The notes beneath the pieces were generated by a model, which was given only the letters and a program-made list of their open reading frames with translations, was not told where the DNA came from and did no database searches. From Lingula anatina (Eukaryota > Animalia > Brachiopoda), in NCBI GenBank assembly GCA_051362555.1, contig CM120641.1, positions 38,632,401 through 38,696,400 of the forward strand: a DNA stretch of 64,000 nucleotides. The letters are read 5' to 3'. Of the stretch, positions 1 to 11,000 are shown in pieces (the stretch's first letter is position 1; each line of letters begins with the position of its first letter). The position numbers and the translations under genes were made by a program.

Positions 1-270
1 GGTGCATTGCAATGAGTGCCACACCTAGACCCCAATACCGACAAAGCCCAAATTTTACATGGAACGAGTTGAGATTATAGGTGACCTAAATCCAAGAGAT
101 GGGTATGGGGGCCCTTACCGTCTAGGAGGAGAAGCGGTAACGGTAACATGGCGGCGGAGCCGGCGGAGCCGCAGGAGCCGGCGGAGCCGGCGGAGCCGCA
201 GGAGCCGGCGGAACGGACCGGACGGGACTAAAACCATGTGTACCGCCAGCGCTCACGCTGGTGGTACAAT
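1..270 (+). mobile_element. 3' end of a non-autonomous Helitron/Helentron-like (HINE/DINE-type) element, truncated by the window edge
   Basis: GC-rich microsatellite (GGCGGAGCC/GCAGGAGCC units, ~150-210) grading into CGGA repeats, then a terminal hairpin TGTACCGCCAGCG-ctca-CGCTGGTGGTACA (239-268; 13-bp stem with one G-T), then AT-rich sequence. This microsatellite-plus-3'-hairpin layout is typical of HINE elements. Confidence 0.65.
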
Positions 271-698
271 TACTCTTGTGTCAGTGAACTATGGTGGTAT
301 TATTTATATTTTTTTATAATCTGTTAGATGTGACACTGATCTGACTAAAAATATTAAGATATTATTGCTACATACGAATGTTACCACGTATTCAAATAAT
401 TGAGGCCTAGGCAAGTTCCTAAAATACGTTTTTTTCTTCAAATCCATGAACCCTAGCCAAGGGCTACGGCATTCTCACTGGAGTCGAGACTTAAGAATCA
501 TAATTTGCTACCATGTTTATTAGTTCTAAAGTGTAGTTTCCTACAATTTACATAATTGCCAGTCTTGAATACTAATTTTTGTACGATGAAAATTAATCAA
601 ATCAAAAACGCGCAAAAGAGGTAAAATAAACAGTTAAATTTGTAAAGGACCTACCTTAGGTAACTAGCTCTCAAACTTGCATGTGCAGGAAATCAAAA

Positions 699-742
699 CT
701 GCGCATGTGTGAGTCGGCATTTCTAACTTACTGCGCATGCCC
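699..742 (+). promoter_or_regulatory. La/SSB promoter with two NRF1-like motifs; non-coding exon 1 ends at 856
   Basis: CTGCGCATGTGT (~699) and CTGCGCATGCCC (~731) resemble the NRF1 motif YGCGCAYGCGCR. Splice donor AAAG|GTTAGT at 856/857; acceptor TCCAG at 2365 just before the ATG. Confidence 0.5.
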
Positions 743-2387
743 GTACTACATGTGAGCTGATGAAAAACGTGGAAATTCAACACAACAAAACAGAAGTGTG
801 AAACTGAAGCTGCAAGTTAGAAAGAAAAAGAAGCTACTGTAAAAATTTGAAGAAAGGTTAGTGTATTTCTTGGAGGCTTTTTGTTTTTTCTTTGGGTTGT
901 TTAACATATGCTGTTTGCGACGTAAGCCTAAAAATTGATTTTCATTTTCAAACTGAAGTCAAAGTGTTGTGAGCATGACTAGTCCATTCGAAGTAGTAGT
1001 AGTACAAGAAGTACCATTACTGAAAGAATATTTAGCGATACGATTTTACCCAGGGTTAGTTTTCCGAGTTTTATTGGTATAGGTAAAACTAAATACTGTT
1101 TCATTTCTTCTTGTGACCTACAAGTAATATGTTGTCTAAGTTTCCAGCCTGACAATATACAAGCTAGGACCTTACTAAGTAAGGCTTCATAACACCCAGT
1201 GTTGAAGACTCTCAAGGCTATAAATATCAGCACCTTGGAGTAATTGTGCCCTCTGCCACACTGTGTGGAATATCATATGCGGTTGAAGTTCTTTTGCATT
1301 GGTTTACACACCAGTTTGATATCATTTTAGCCTTAGTATTCCAGCTATGCAGTAGTGGTACCACTTTTGTGTTGTAATCAGTGGTACATGTCTAAGTTGC
1401 TTGTAAAAAGAGATTTTTACACATGATGATTGTGTGTGTGTGATGATTCCTAGTCTTTATGGAAAGTGTATCATTGTAATTTGACTTGCAAAGTTCAACA
1501 AATGGTTCAAAGGTAACTCTTAGTTCTCATGTGCCTGTGATCACTATCATGTGTGAAGCTTCTGGGCACTTCCCCAAAGTATGCATTATTTCCAAATGGC
1601 TTTTGTTATGTGGTAGTAGTAGTAGTTTGCCGGTGGAATGCTTGAATGCATCACAGCTCTGTATTTTTTGTACATCCCACACAAACGTCTTGGAAATTTG
1701 TGGATTTTGGATATTTTGTTAGAATAACTTTAACTTTTTAAATTCCTGTCGGACAACCCATGGGTTCATCTCAGCTATTAGCCGGTAAGCCCAAGGACAA
1801 AATACAAGCTTCATGTTTGGCTCTCAAGTCCTACTAAAGCATACCAAGGGCAGATTCTTTCACATGCTATGACCTATTCACCAGTTTTTTATTCTTGGTC
1901 TCTGACTTTTTAAAAATGTTTTATTAATATGTTGCTCCCCGTGGATGTCATTACTTAGGATTTTTATGTTCAAATTTATTTACCTAAACCATCTGCACAA
2001 TGTTGCCACATCAGCACATACAAATGTATAATTTTTCAAATTGATGCCAATCTTAAATGACCTACCTAATTATCACAGATGCCACCTAAAGAGGTTGACT
2101 ATCAGACTGAAATCTGTTTACATTTATGATGTGGAGACTGTAAAAGCACTAAGTGTGATTACGCAAGTATGCAACAATTAGTGTCCTGTGATCTTATCTT
2201 TTTTTTTTGTCTATGTAGACCATTACAGACAGTGAGTCTTACATGTCTAACAAAACTGCTCAGAAGAAATTTTCTGGCCTTTTTACATTGAGTGTTATAT
2301 CCTGTGGTGAAGGCGCACTGATATACTTTGATAGGTAAAACTTATAATTAATATTTTTTTTCCAGGTAGCACCACAAAAGTTTCATT

Positions 2388-5300
2388 ATGACAGATACAG
2401 CAAGCAATGGTGGTGGTGATGCACCCACAGACCTAGAACGGAAGATTATTAAACAAATAGAGGTATGTTACTTATTGAATGATAAGCAGTATAATATGTT
2501 TGTATGTTTATAATGGTGGTCTACTGACAACTTTCCTTGAATATTGATTAGGTTTTAATTTCATCTTGGTCAATCAGAAAAAAAGCCTTAATTTAATAAA
2601 TGTTTATAAGAAATTGAAATGAGTAGATGTTATGAAATAAAAGTATGTTATGAATGGTATGTATGAAATAATAAATACTTTCTTATTTGATCTCCCAGTA
2701 TTACTTTGGGGACCTCAACCTGGGAAAAGATAAGTTCATGCAGCAGCACATCAAGGAAGATGATGGATGTATCCTTTCAATATTAGAAATCTCAGATTAA
2801 CTTAATTTGGATGTATGTGGGAGTACTGTTGTTTACTCATAGCTGCTTATTTTTTGAGTAAAAAATCATCAGGTGGACACGTTTCTTCATGATGAAATGT
2901 TCAATTTTAGAAACTCAACTTTGCAAATGTTGTGAAATAAGAATTATGAAGCCAATACATTTTTCCTTGACGTGTTTTCAAAGGGATCTCTTTAGAAACA
3001 CTGATAACATTTAACCGCTTGAAAGCACTCTCCACAGATTTTAAAGTTATTTGCAGTGCGTTAGCTAAGTCTTCATCAGGTCTTATGGAGGTAGGTACAA
3101 ACTGTCAATTAGTCATAGGAATCTAAAAATTTTTTTAAAAAACTATGCAAGGAAGTAAAGCGTAAACTTTGAGATTTAGTCATCATATTTTTTCTTGTGC
3201 CTTTCCCTTGTTTGTAACCTATTTGTCCTACTTCTTTACAGAAACATCAACTCAGCATCCTGATAAAGATTAACCATTTATTAATTGTTTTACAGCATCT
3301 GTTAACAGTTAAAAGTTTGGGACACAAGGGACTATTGGAGATTTAATTTCTGTTAAATCACTTTTCATAGTGTTAAAAATGATATTTTAGATAAGTGAAG
3401 ACCATAAGAAAGTTAGGCGGAGTCCATCTAAACCACTTCCATCACAGACTAAAGAACGCAAAGAAGATATGAAAGCAAGGAGTATTTATGCTGTAAGATT
3501 TAATCTTTATTTTACATTTAAATTTGTTGTAACCTTTATTAGGGATTATTATACATATTTATCCAGCTAACAGGATGGTGTTAAATGATTAAATTTTCTT
3601 CAGCTGAAAAATAAGTTGTTACTTTTTAATTAATTCAAGAACACGATTTAAATGCAGTATTTGTTCTTATCAGAAAGGATTTCCAGACACAGGTGTTGAC
3701 TTGGATCAGCTAATGGAATACTTTGAAAAATATGGAGAAGTTGATAATGTTTTCATGAGGAAAAACCAGGAAAGAAAATTCAAGGTAAGAATAGAAAGGT
3801 GTCTGCAGTTTGGTGATTGTGTGCATTTTAACACCCATTTGTGTATGAGGAAATCTTTCACTCTAATTATCAGTAAGAGTTACTATTCAAATATCCTGAG
3901 TCATTGAATGTGGAAGAATGGGAAAATTGATCAGAACCTCAAAATCCCAAGAACCCATTCACAATTATATGTATTTTTGGTGCTCTACATTCTCTTCAGG
4001 TGTTTGATTAATTGTTTGTTTTTTATAAATACATCATTAAGTTACCCGATCTGTTTGTGTTTCAATAGGGGTCCGTGTTTGTAATGTTTAAATCACTGGA
4101 AAGTGCAGCGAAGTTTATTGGAGAGGAAGGCACAAAGTATGGTGACCAGGAGCTGGTCAAATGCTACAAGTAAGTTGGAAGGGTGTGGTATAAACTGCAT
4201 AAAAAGTTTGTGATAAGCTGTTACCCTTAAAAATTACCCAACTGTAGTAAATTTCTTGGATATCTGGATTATTAACAAAATTTTGATTTAAGCCCATTTG
4301 TTTAGTTTTAGACTGATAGTTATTTAAGTTGAAAACAAAACTTAAAATTTGAAATTGATTGAAAAGTAATGATCATTATTTTATCATGCATTTTATACTT
4401 ACAGAGATGATTACTTTAAAAGGAAACTAGAAGAAAAAAGAGTTAAAAGACAAGATCAGTTGAAAGAGAAAGAGGAGTAAGTATTTTGATAAGGAAGTGG
4501 CTTCACACAACTCATAAGGGTGATGCTGGCAATTTATGAATGCAAAATAATCATTGAGAATTTAAAATATCTTTTCAGTGAACCTTAGGTAACTAGCTCT
4601 CAAACTATTCTTTCAAAATACTCTACCCAAACCCAAGTAACCAAACCAGGGGTTTCTCCAGGATTTGGGGCACAGGGAGTCCAAAATGTGAATCTGTACT
4701 TTAATCATGGATTTATAGTCCAACCCAAGCAAGCACAACAAACCAGCCCCAAAAACTTTGTAAGCTAGGTGTACAGCCATGTTTAGAAATTTAAGCCATC
4801 TTTTGAGGCTAATGGTCAAAAGGCTCTCTTAGGAAAGCTTTGACCCAAACTAATTTCTATATCATTTTTCAATTAAGTGCAATTCAAACAAAATTTATTG
4901 CCAAAATTCACCATTATGAGTTTCTGTGTACAATCTAAGTTAATGATTTTTTAAACCAACATATGTAGTATGAATTTTTCTTAGGCATAATTTAGTTAAA
5001 TTTATTGTTAATTTGTCACATGATCAGGTAATTTCGATTTTAAAAAATGGCTACTTTACCGGAAGTTGTTGTTTGGACAGATGGACTTGCTTAATATTCT
5101 TGTCTTCCAAAGTTACAAATAATTTGTTAGATAAAACAGGGATCTGTTAGATTTCTAAAATTTCGTTTTTTACAGATTGTTATTTCTGTATGTGGAAAAT
5201 ACCTTTTAATATCTTTGTAACTTTTTAGTCATAAAGATCGTGTAATTTATAAATCTAATGTTATACATTTTTATTTTGTCAGACAAAAACAGAAACAGTT

Positions 5301-6366
5301 GGAAGAAGAGAAAAAGAAATTAGAGGAGAGAATAACAAAGGGAGCAATATTGCACTTGACAGAACTTGCAGACGATGTTGTGCGGGAGGACCTGAAGAAC
5401 TTTTTTAATGATCATGGCAAAGTTGCATGGGTGGACTTTGAGAAAGGAGACAAAGAGGCGAGTTGATGTATCCTGCTGTCATATATTATAGTATTTTTGT
5501 GATAAGATGTTATACAGTGAAAAGTACTTCCCTGCCTTGTGTTGTAATGATGTTTAAAATTTTGGCAAAATAATGTTCAGGGGTGTGATTTTGAGTTTTA
5601 GTTTTTAAAAAAGAAGTTATTTGGCCAAACCTTCTAGTGAGTAAAACATAAAGACATGAAGACTGCATGAAGAAAATAATGTGAAGGAATGTAATTCATA
5701 TGGATGAAAAAGCAAAGGTTAATAACATGATGTTTGAAGATAGCAGTATTAATTTATTTATTTTTTCTTTTTTCAGGCCTTTGTGCGTTTTGGAACAGGA
5801 GAAGCTAGTGCAGCTTGGAAATCTGCAATGGAAGCTGGAAGTGGAACAGTAACTGTTAATGGTGCACAACTTAAGGGAGAGGTTCTGGAAGGTAGAGCTA
5901 GATTTTGTTTTGTTCATTAGAAAGGAGTTTAAAGCTAGTCATTTTTAAAATGCAAATAAGATTGTCATTAGTAATTATCAATAAATTTTGTGTAAACATG
6001 GAGCCCATACTGTTGAATTTTTTTAATCGTTCTACTTTTTATTTTCTGAACAGGTAATGCAGAGTTGGAACATTGGAGAACAATTTTTAAGGCACAAGCA
6101 GATATGAGAGATAGGAAAAGAAAGGGAGGCAACAAAAACTTTGGAAAGAAAGGAGGAGGAAAAAAGTTTCAGGTATTATACTGAATAAAATTAATTTTTA
6201 CATTACCATTTTTTCTAGTGCCCTAGATTGAATATTATCATTTGTGTTGTCTCATTCATATTTTAACATCACAGTTTCATTATTACTTCAGAGCAAGAAG
6301 AAATGGGGAAATGATGATAACAGTGATGATGAAGGACCACCTACTAAGCAACTCAAGACTGAATGA
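2388..6366 (+). CDS. SSB: Lupus La protein (La motif + RRM1 + RRM2 + basic/NLS tail), ~373 aa, 11 coding exons
   Basis: Exons 2388-2462, 2699-2768, 2984-3090, 3391-3492, 3674-3784, 4069-4169, 4405-4476, 5283-5457, 5777-5891, 6054-6172, 6292-6366 join in phase. La motif KIIKQIEYYFGDLNLGKDKF...DDGWISLETLITFNRLKAL; RRM1 SIYAKGFP...FKGSVFVMF; RRM2 REDLK...VAWVDFEKGDKEAFVRF; C-terminus PPTKQLKTE*. Confidence 0.96.
2769..2983 (+). other. U12-type (minor spliceosome) GT-AG intron in La
   Basis: 5' splice site GTATCCTTT; branch site TTTCCTTGAC (2962-2971) 13 nt before an AAG acceptor; almost no polypyrimidine tract. Removal restores the conserved DG-W codon (T|GG). Confidence 0.93.
5458..5776 (+). 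other. GC-AG intron in La
   Basis: The exon ends GAG|GCGAGT, with an in-frame TGA two codons later. Acceptor TTTCAG|GCC gives KGDKE|AFVRF in RRM2. Confidence 0.85.
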
Positions 6367-8046
6367 AAACTAGGCATATAAGGATTGTTTTACCAAGTTT
6401 TTAAAGACCACTTTCAGGGGGTTAAAATATAAGCAAAGTTGCAGAGCTGGCAGAAGATGAAGAGGTTTTATATTGAAATGAATGGTAATATATGATAAGC
6501 ATCTTTTATGAACATTCTACATCTTCACTACAACCAAAAAGACTAAAGAATATGGAGATGATTATGTCAGAACTTGCACAGTGTACATAAAAATACTCTT
6601 CTTGTGTACAAAGACCATTGTTTTATGAGCACTCTGTAAATTTTTTTAAGTAAGTTTTTTTTTGTCAGCCATTGATCTTAATTACAGTTCACAGTTTTAA
6701 TAGAATTGGCCAAGTGCTGCCTTGTACATGTCAACTTTTAAGGAGGACTGTTTTAAAATTCATTTTATTACCTTGCAAACCCCCTTTGTAAGGTCGAAGT
6801 AATCTTCTGTTTTCATAAACGTTTACGTGCATAAGTTTTTCAGTGGTGCAGTTATAAGATGGAAATAATAAACTACTGTTGTGGCAGATATCAGGCATTT
6901 TGCTTAAGAATATTTTTTATTTTCTTTGATACAATAAAATATTTTAAATAAACACAATGTTATTTTTTATAACATGCCATGAAGGTTTACAAAAAGCACC
7001 AAAAAACCAGCATGGAAATAATCTGTGCAATCACACTAATATGCTCTTAACAGTGGAGTGCTCATTTTAAGCAGCAAATGACACCTTCAAGTACCATCCC
7101 TTAACAGCAAAGTGTGGGAAGCTTGTTGGTAATGGTATTAAACTTACAATATTGAAGAACAAATATACAATTCTAGAAGCATTAAATACATAAAACAAAA
7201 TGGGATTTCAGAAAAAACGGTGCAGATAAAAATACAATACCTTAAATGTAGGATTTTTCTAAATGTGATAAAACGAGCATATTTGGGTTGATGTCAACAT
7301 TGATCCTCCTGTTTCATCAATTTATTCTGCTTTGAAAAACTTGCTGAAATAAGGTTTATAAGCCCATGCACATTACATAAGAGATCAATATCTCAATCTA
7401 GCAAATCACCTCAAGTACAATGCTGAAGCTAGCAGTTTCTTATGATTAAATCTTACAACAAAGTATTGGTTGCCAAATTCTATGTTATACTGACCTCCAA
7501 CACTACTAATATAACTGACTCCATTGATTATTTACTCAGAATTCATTGGAAAATTCAAATGATGCACAATTGTTACTCAATTTTTCTATTACCACACTGT
7601 GCTGAATGTGGAGAAATATGTTGGACAAAAAGAGTTCCCTCAAATGAAAATCCATCTTGTTCACTTCTGTTTAGAGATTCACCAACCATTGATTACAAAC
7701 GATTGTTTTACGTTCAAGAGTAGCATCATATTTTGCATAACCCAGCACATGATTAAACAGAATGCTTTAAAACAATATTTTTTCTAATCAAACACTGGAT
7801 CAGATGCGAAAAAACTTTAAAAAATGCATATTCAAAAAAACTTCTCTTTTTATTTGTTGAAAATCTGTCAATATTGCAATTTTTATATTTGAAATATTAA
7901 TATATTTGGCAGATCGCTAAAATGTGTTCCAAGTCTTAGCTACTAAATATCTCATGCTAAGATATAAACAATTATCAACATAAAACTATATAAATCTGTC
8001 AGCTTATATTACAACTGTTATAAAAACAATATAGATCTGTTCAGTG

Positions 8047-11000
8047 TTATAGTGCACTAACAGCTCTCTCCCTTCTCATCTGCAACCTTTCCTCTTCGGC
8101 CTCCATGTGATCAAGCTCCCGTTTCATTTGACACAAAATGCACGGCTTACAGAATAAAGAAGCACAGAAATCCCCCAGTATGGAGCCCTATGAAAGAAAA
8201 ATAAACCAAAATGTCACATTTTTGTTTTGCTTGTGAACTTGCATTACAGCCTACATAATCTTAATTGACATCTCAAGCAGATTATTTCATACTTGATGCT
8301 ATTTAAGGTGCTCTGATAGAGCCAGGAAGTGTTTTAACCAATCTATACTTTGACTGACAACACCTATCAGGCTCTGGGGAAATGTGTTCATATATGGTCA
8401 GCAGAAAAGAGAATAAAAGATAATATGTATGGCTTTCCTCACAGTATATACTGATTGATATTGTAATAATACTATGATAATTCACCCTTAACACTAGAGG
8501 TTCTGAGCTCTTCTCCATACTGGGCACTCATTCACAATGATAGGCAACTGAAGGAAGATTGCAGTTTAAATGATATAAACAGGGTGTGATACATAATTCA
8601 CTTATTTATCCAATTAGATAAAATACTTTTCTTTAATTTGTAAAGGGTAAAGTTGATGATACAAGTAAAGCATTCAAGTTCAGTTGATTTACCCAAATAA
8701 AATGCTGGCAAATATCTTCCCTTGTGTTAAATTACCACACAAATGTTGGGTATTTAATAACGAGATATATTTATTTATCAAATATCCACATTCATTTATA
8801 TTGAGATAATCGTACTAACCAATCTGCGTTATCATTTTGTTGGGCTAAAATTGTCAAAATTGATTATTTTGACTGAGTGCCACTCAACTTAAAGGTTATA
8901 CTGAACCAGGTGGTAAGTTTACGTTTTAGAGTGGATTTATTAAGCAACTTTCTAGACAAAATAAAGTTGGACATTTAACATACTGTTTTTCAGTGTTAGT
9001 GGATGCTAAGATTGAGCCAAATTAAATACATAACTAGATTTTCTAGCAATGGTGCCTCATCTAATGAATAGGCTTAATTCAGCTAAAAGGTTTCTTTTAG
9101 CGGAAGCCTGGCAAGGCTTTGTTATTAAAAAGTATCTGGGATCTGTTTCCAGATGTCTATCCAAGCTCCAATCACTGCTTTTAGTTAAAAACATAGATAA
9201 TTATTACATCTAACATCTGCATTGTTGCAATCTTGAAAGTTCACGTTTTCTTCAAAATTAAAGATACTTTATAAAATGGGCAGTGGTCTGAGGCTTTCTT
9301 TAATTATAATTTAAATCTTCATGCTTGTTCCTTAAAGTTTCCTTAAAGTTTATAAGGAACCAATTTCACTGATATTTTAATGCTTTTGCTTCTCAAAACC
9401 ATATTTAAGCACTTATTTCAGTTTTGGTATTAATGAGACAACTTAAGTTAAAATGTAAAACAATGGATCCGATATACAAAATATCAACAATGACATTAAA
9501 CATTCTAAATGAAATTTCATTACACATCTGATAACTTAATCGACTTGCTCTAAACATGCTTAAAAAGGAAAATGGTCACTTGATATCATAAAGAAACATT
9601 ACTTATTCTTCTTCTTTTTTTTTTAAACTTATCATATCTGATTCATCATCAAAATTAATACAAACACAAAGACAAATAATTTCAATTCAAGTGCTTTTTT
9701 GCCAAACCTCAGGCAGCTGATGAGTCACAGAAAAGTGCTTGCCAATCTCAATGCGCTATGTCTCACCTGTATATTGTACATCATCCTCATCTTTAACCTG
9801 AGAGACATTGTAGAGAAAGGAACGCACCACGGCATACAGCAGCCCTCCTTCATCCTGTCTGCCATCCAGCATTCAAAACACACCAGGCAGCAACAAATTG
9901 CACAACCTTTTACAAAGCAAAATATTTAGCATTACTTTCAAAGACAAACTGCATGTAACCTCAAGATGAAAACTTGCAAGTTGCAAGTAATAATCAATTC
10001 CTGAATTAATGAAGGCTCGTGTTGTCCACCCTCTATTCTTTTACTGCATCCACACACATTTTTATCATTGTTTTCAATGTTTTCACATAAAAGTTAACAG
10101 CTTATTTTTTCTGTATATAGGTGCTTTCACAATGAATCTATGAGCACATTCAGAACAGCAGACTAACAGATCAAATATGGCAACCCACTAAAAAGCTTGC
10201 CGCTTAATTCCCGATTAGACACTAAATCAGGGGCGGATTTAGGCCGTCTTCTGGGTCTTCCAGAAGACGGTCAGATTTTCAAGTTTACATTGACGGGTAT
10301 CCAATTTTTAATGTTGGAAGACGGTCAAAATTGGAGGATGAATCAACAAAGATAATTTGGAAGACTGTCAGTATATAGCTCTGGATCCGCCCCTGTAAAT
10401 AGATTCCCAGCGGGATTATGCAACAAGTATTCAAGTGGGTCGGCCATATTTGATCTGCGGATATGTTAGGGGACATTCAGAATGGATGATCCGAGTACTT
10501 ACTGATCCGCCAACTAAATATGGCTATAAGTTACTATAAGTAACTGGCTCGCGCTGCCAGTAATTACGCGGCGGGATATTCAGGGCACAGACCGTGATCA
10601 TAAGATAGCGCGAATAGAAAATAGATTTTTAGAAAATAGACATTCCATGTGAACAAAGCCTAAATTAGGCCTCCTCTTGTTTCAACAAACTTGTATGACT
10701 GATTACAATCAGTAAAGCAGATTAAAAAAGCCTCCTCTTGTTTTAACATACTCATACAATCACCAGTTTTTCTGTGTTTATCTGACTGCATTCAGGGAGA
10801 GTACCCGTAGAGTTAGTTTGCAGTAGCTAGTATGATAGATTCATTGTGAACACACCCAATGATGTTTCTGACTGAAACTACAGGGTACTACTACTACTAG
10901 AAAGTTAAATATCAAAGTGTAATATATTCTTCCCTTCTAGACTAACAGCTTGTCAATGACATTTATGAAGAAACCACTGAAATGTAAGAACTCTTAGGAA

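Noticed and set aside
59-319. Arg/Ser-rich ORF resembling a protamine or SR protein
   Set aside because: The RRSRRS run is a translation of the GC-rich microsatellite of a HINE-like repeat; there is no exon context.
1422-1490. Two RTGATGA C-box-like motifs in La intron 1
   Set aside because: No properly spaced CTGA D box or terminal stem.
9716-9745. CTGATGAG hammerhead-like core
   Set aside because: No GAAA after a helix II and no helix III; the motif is incomplete.
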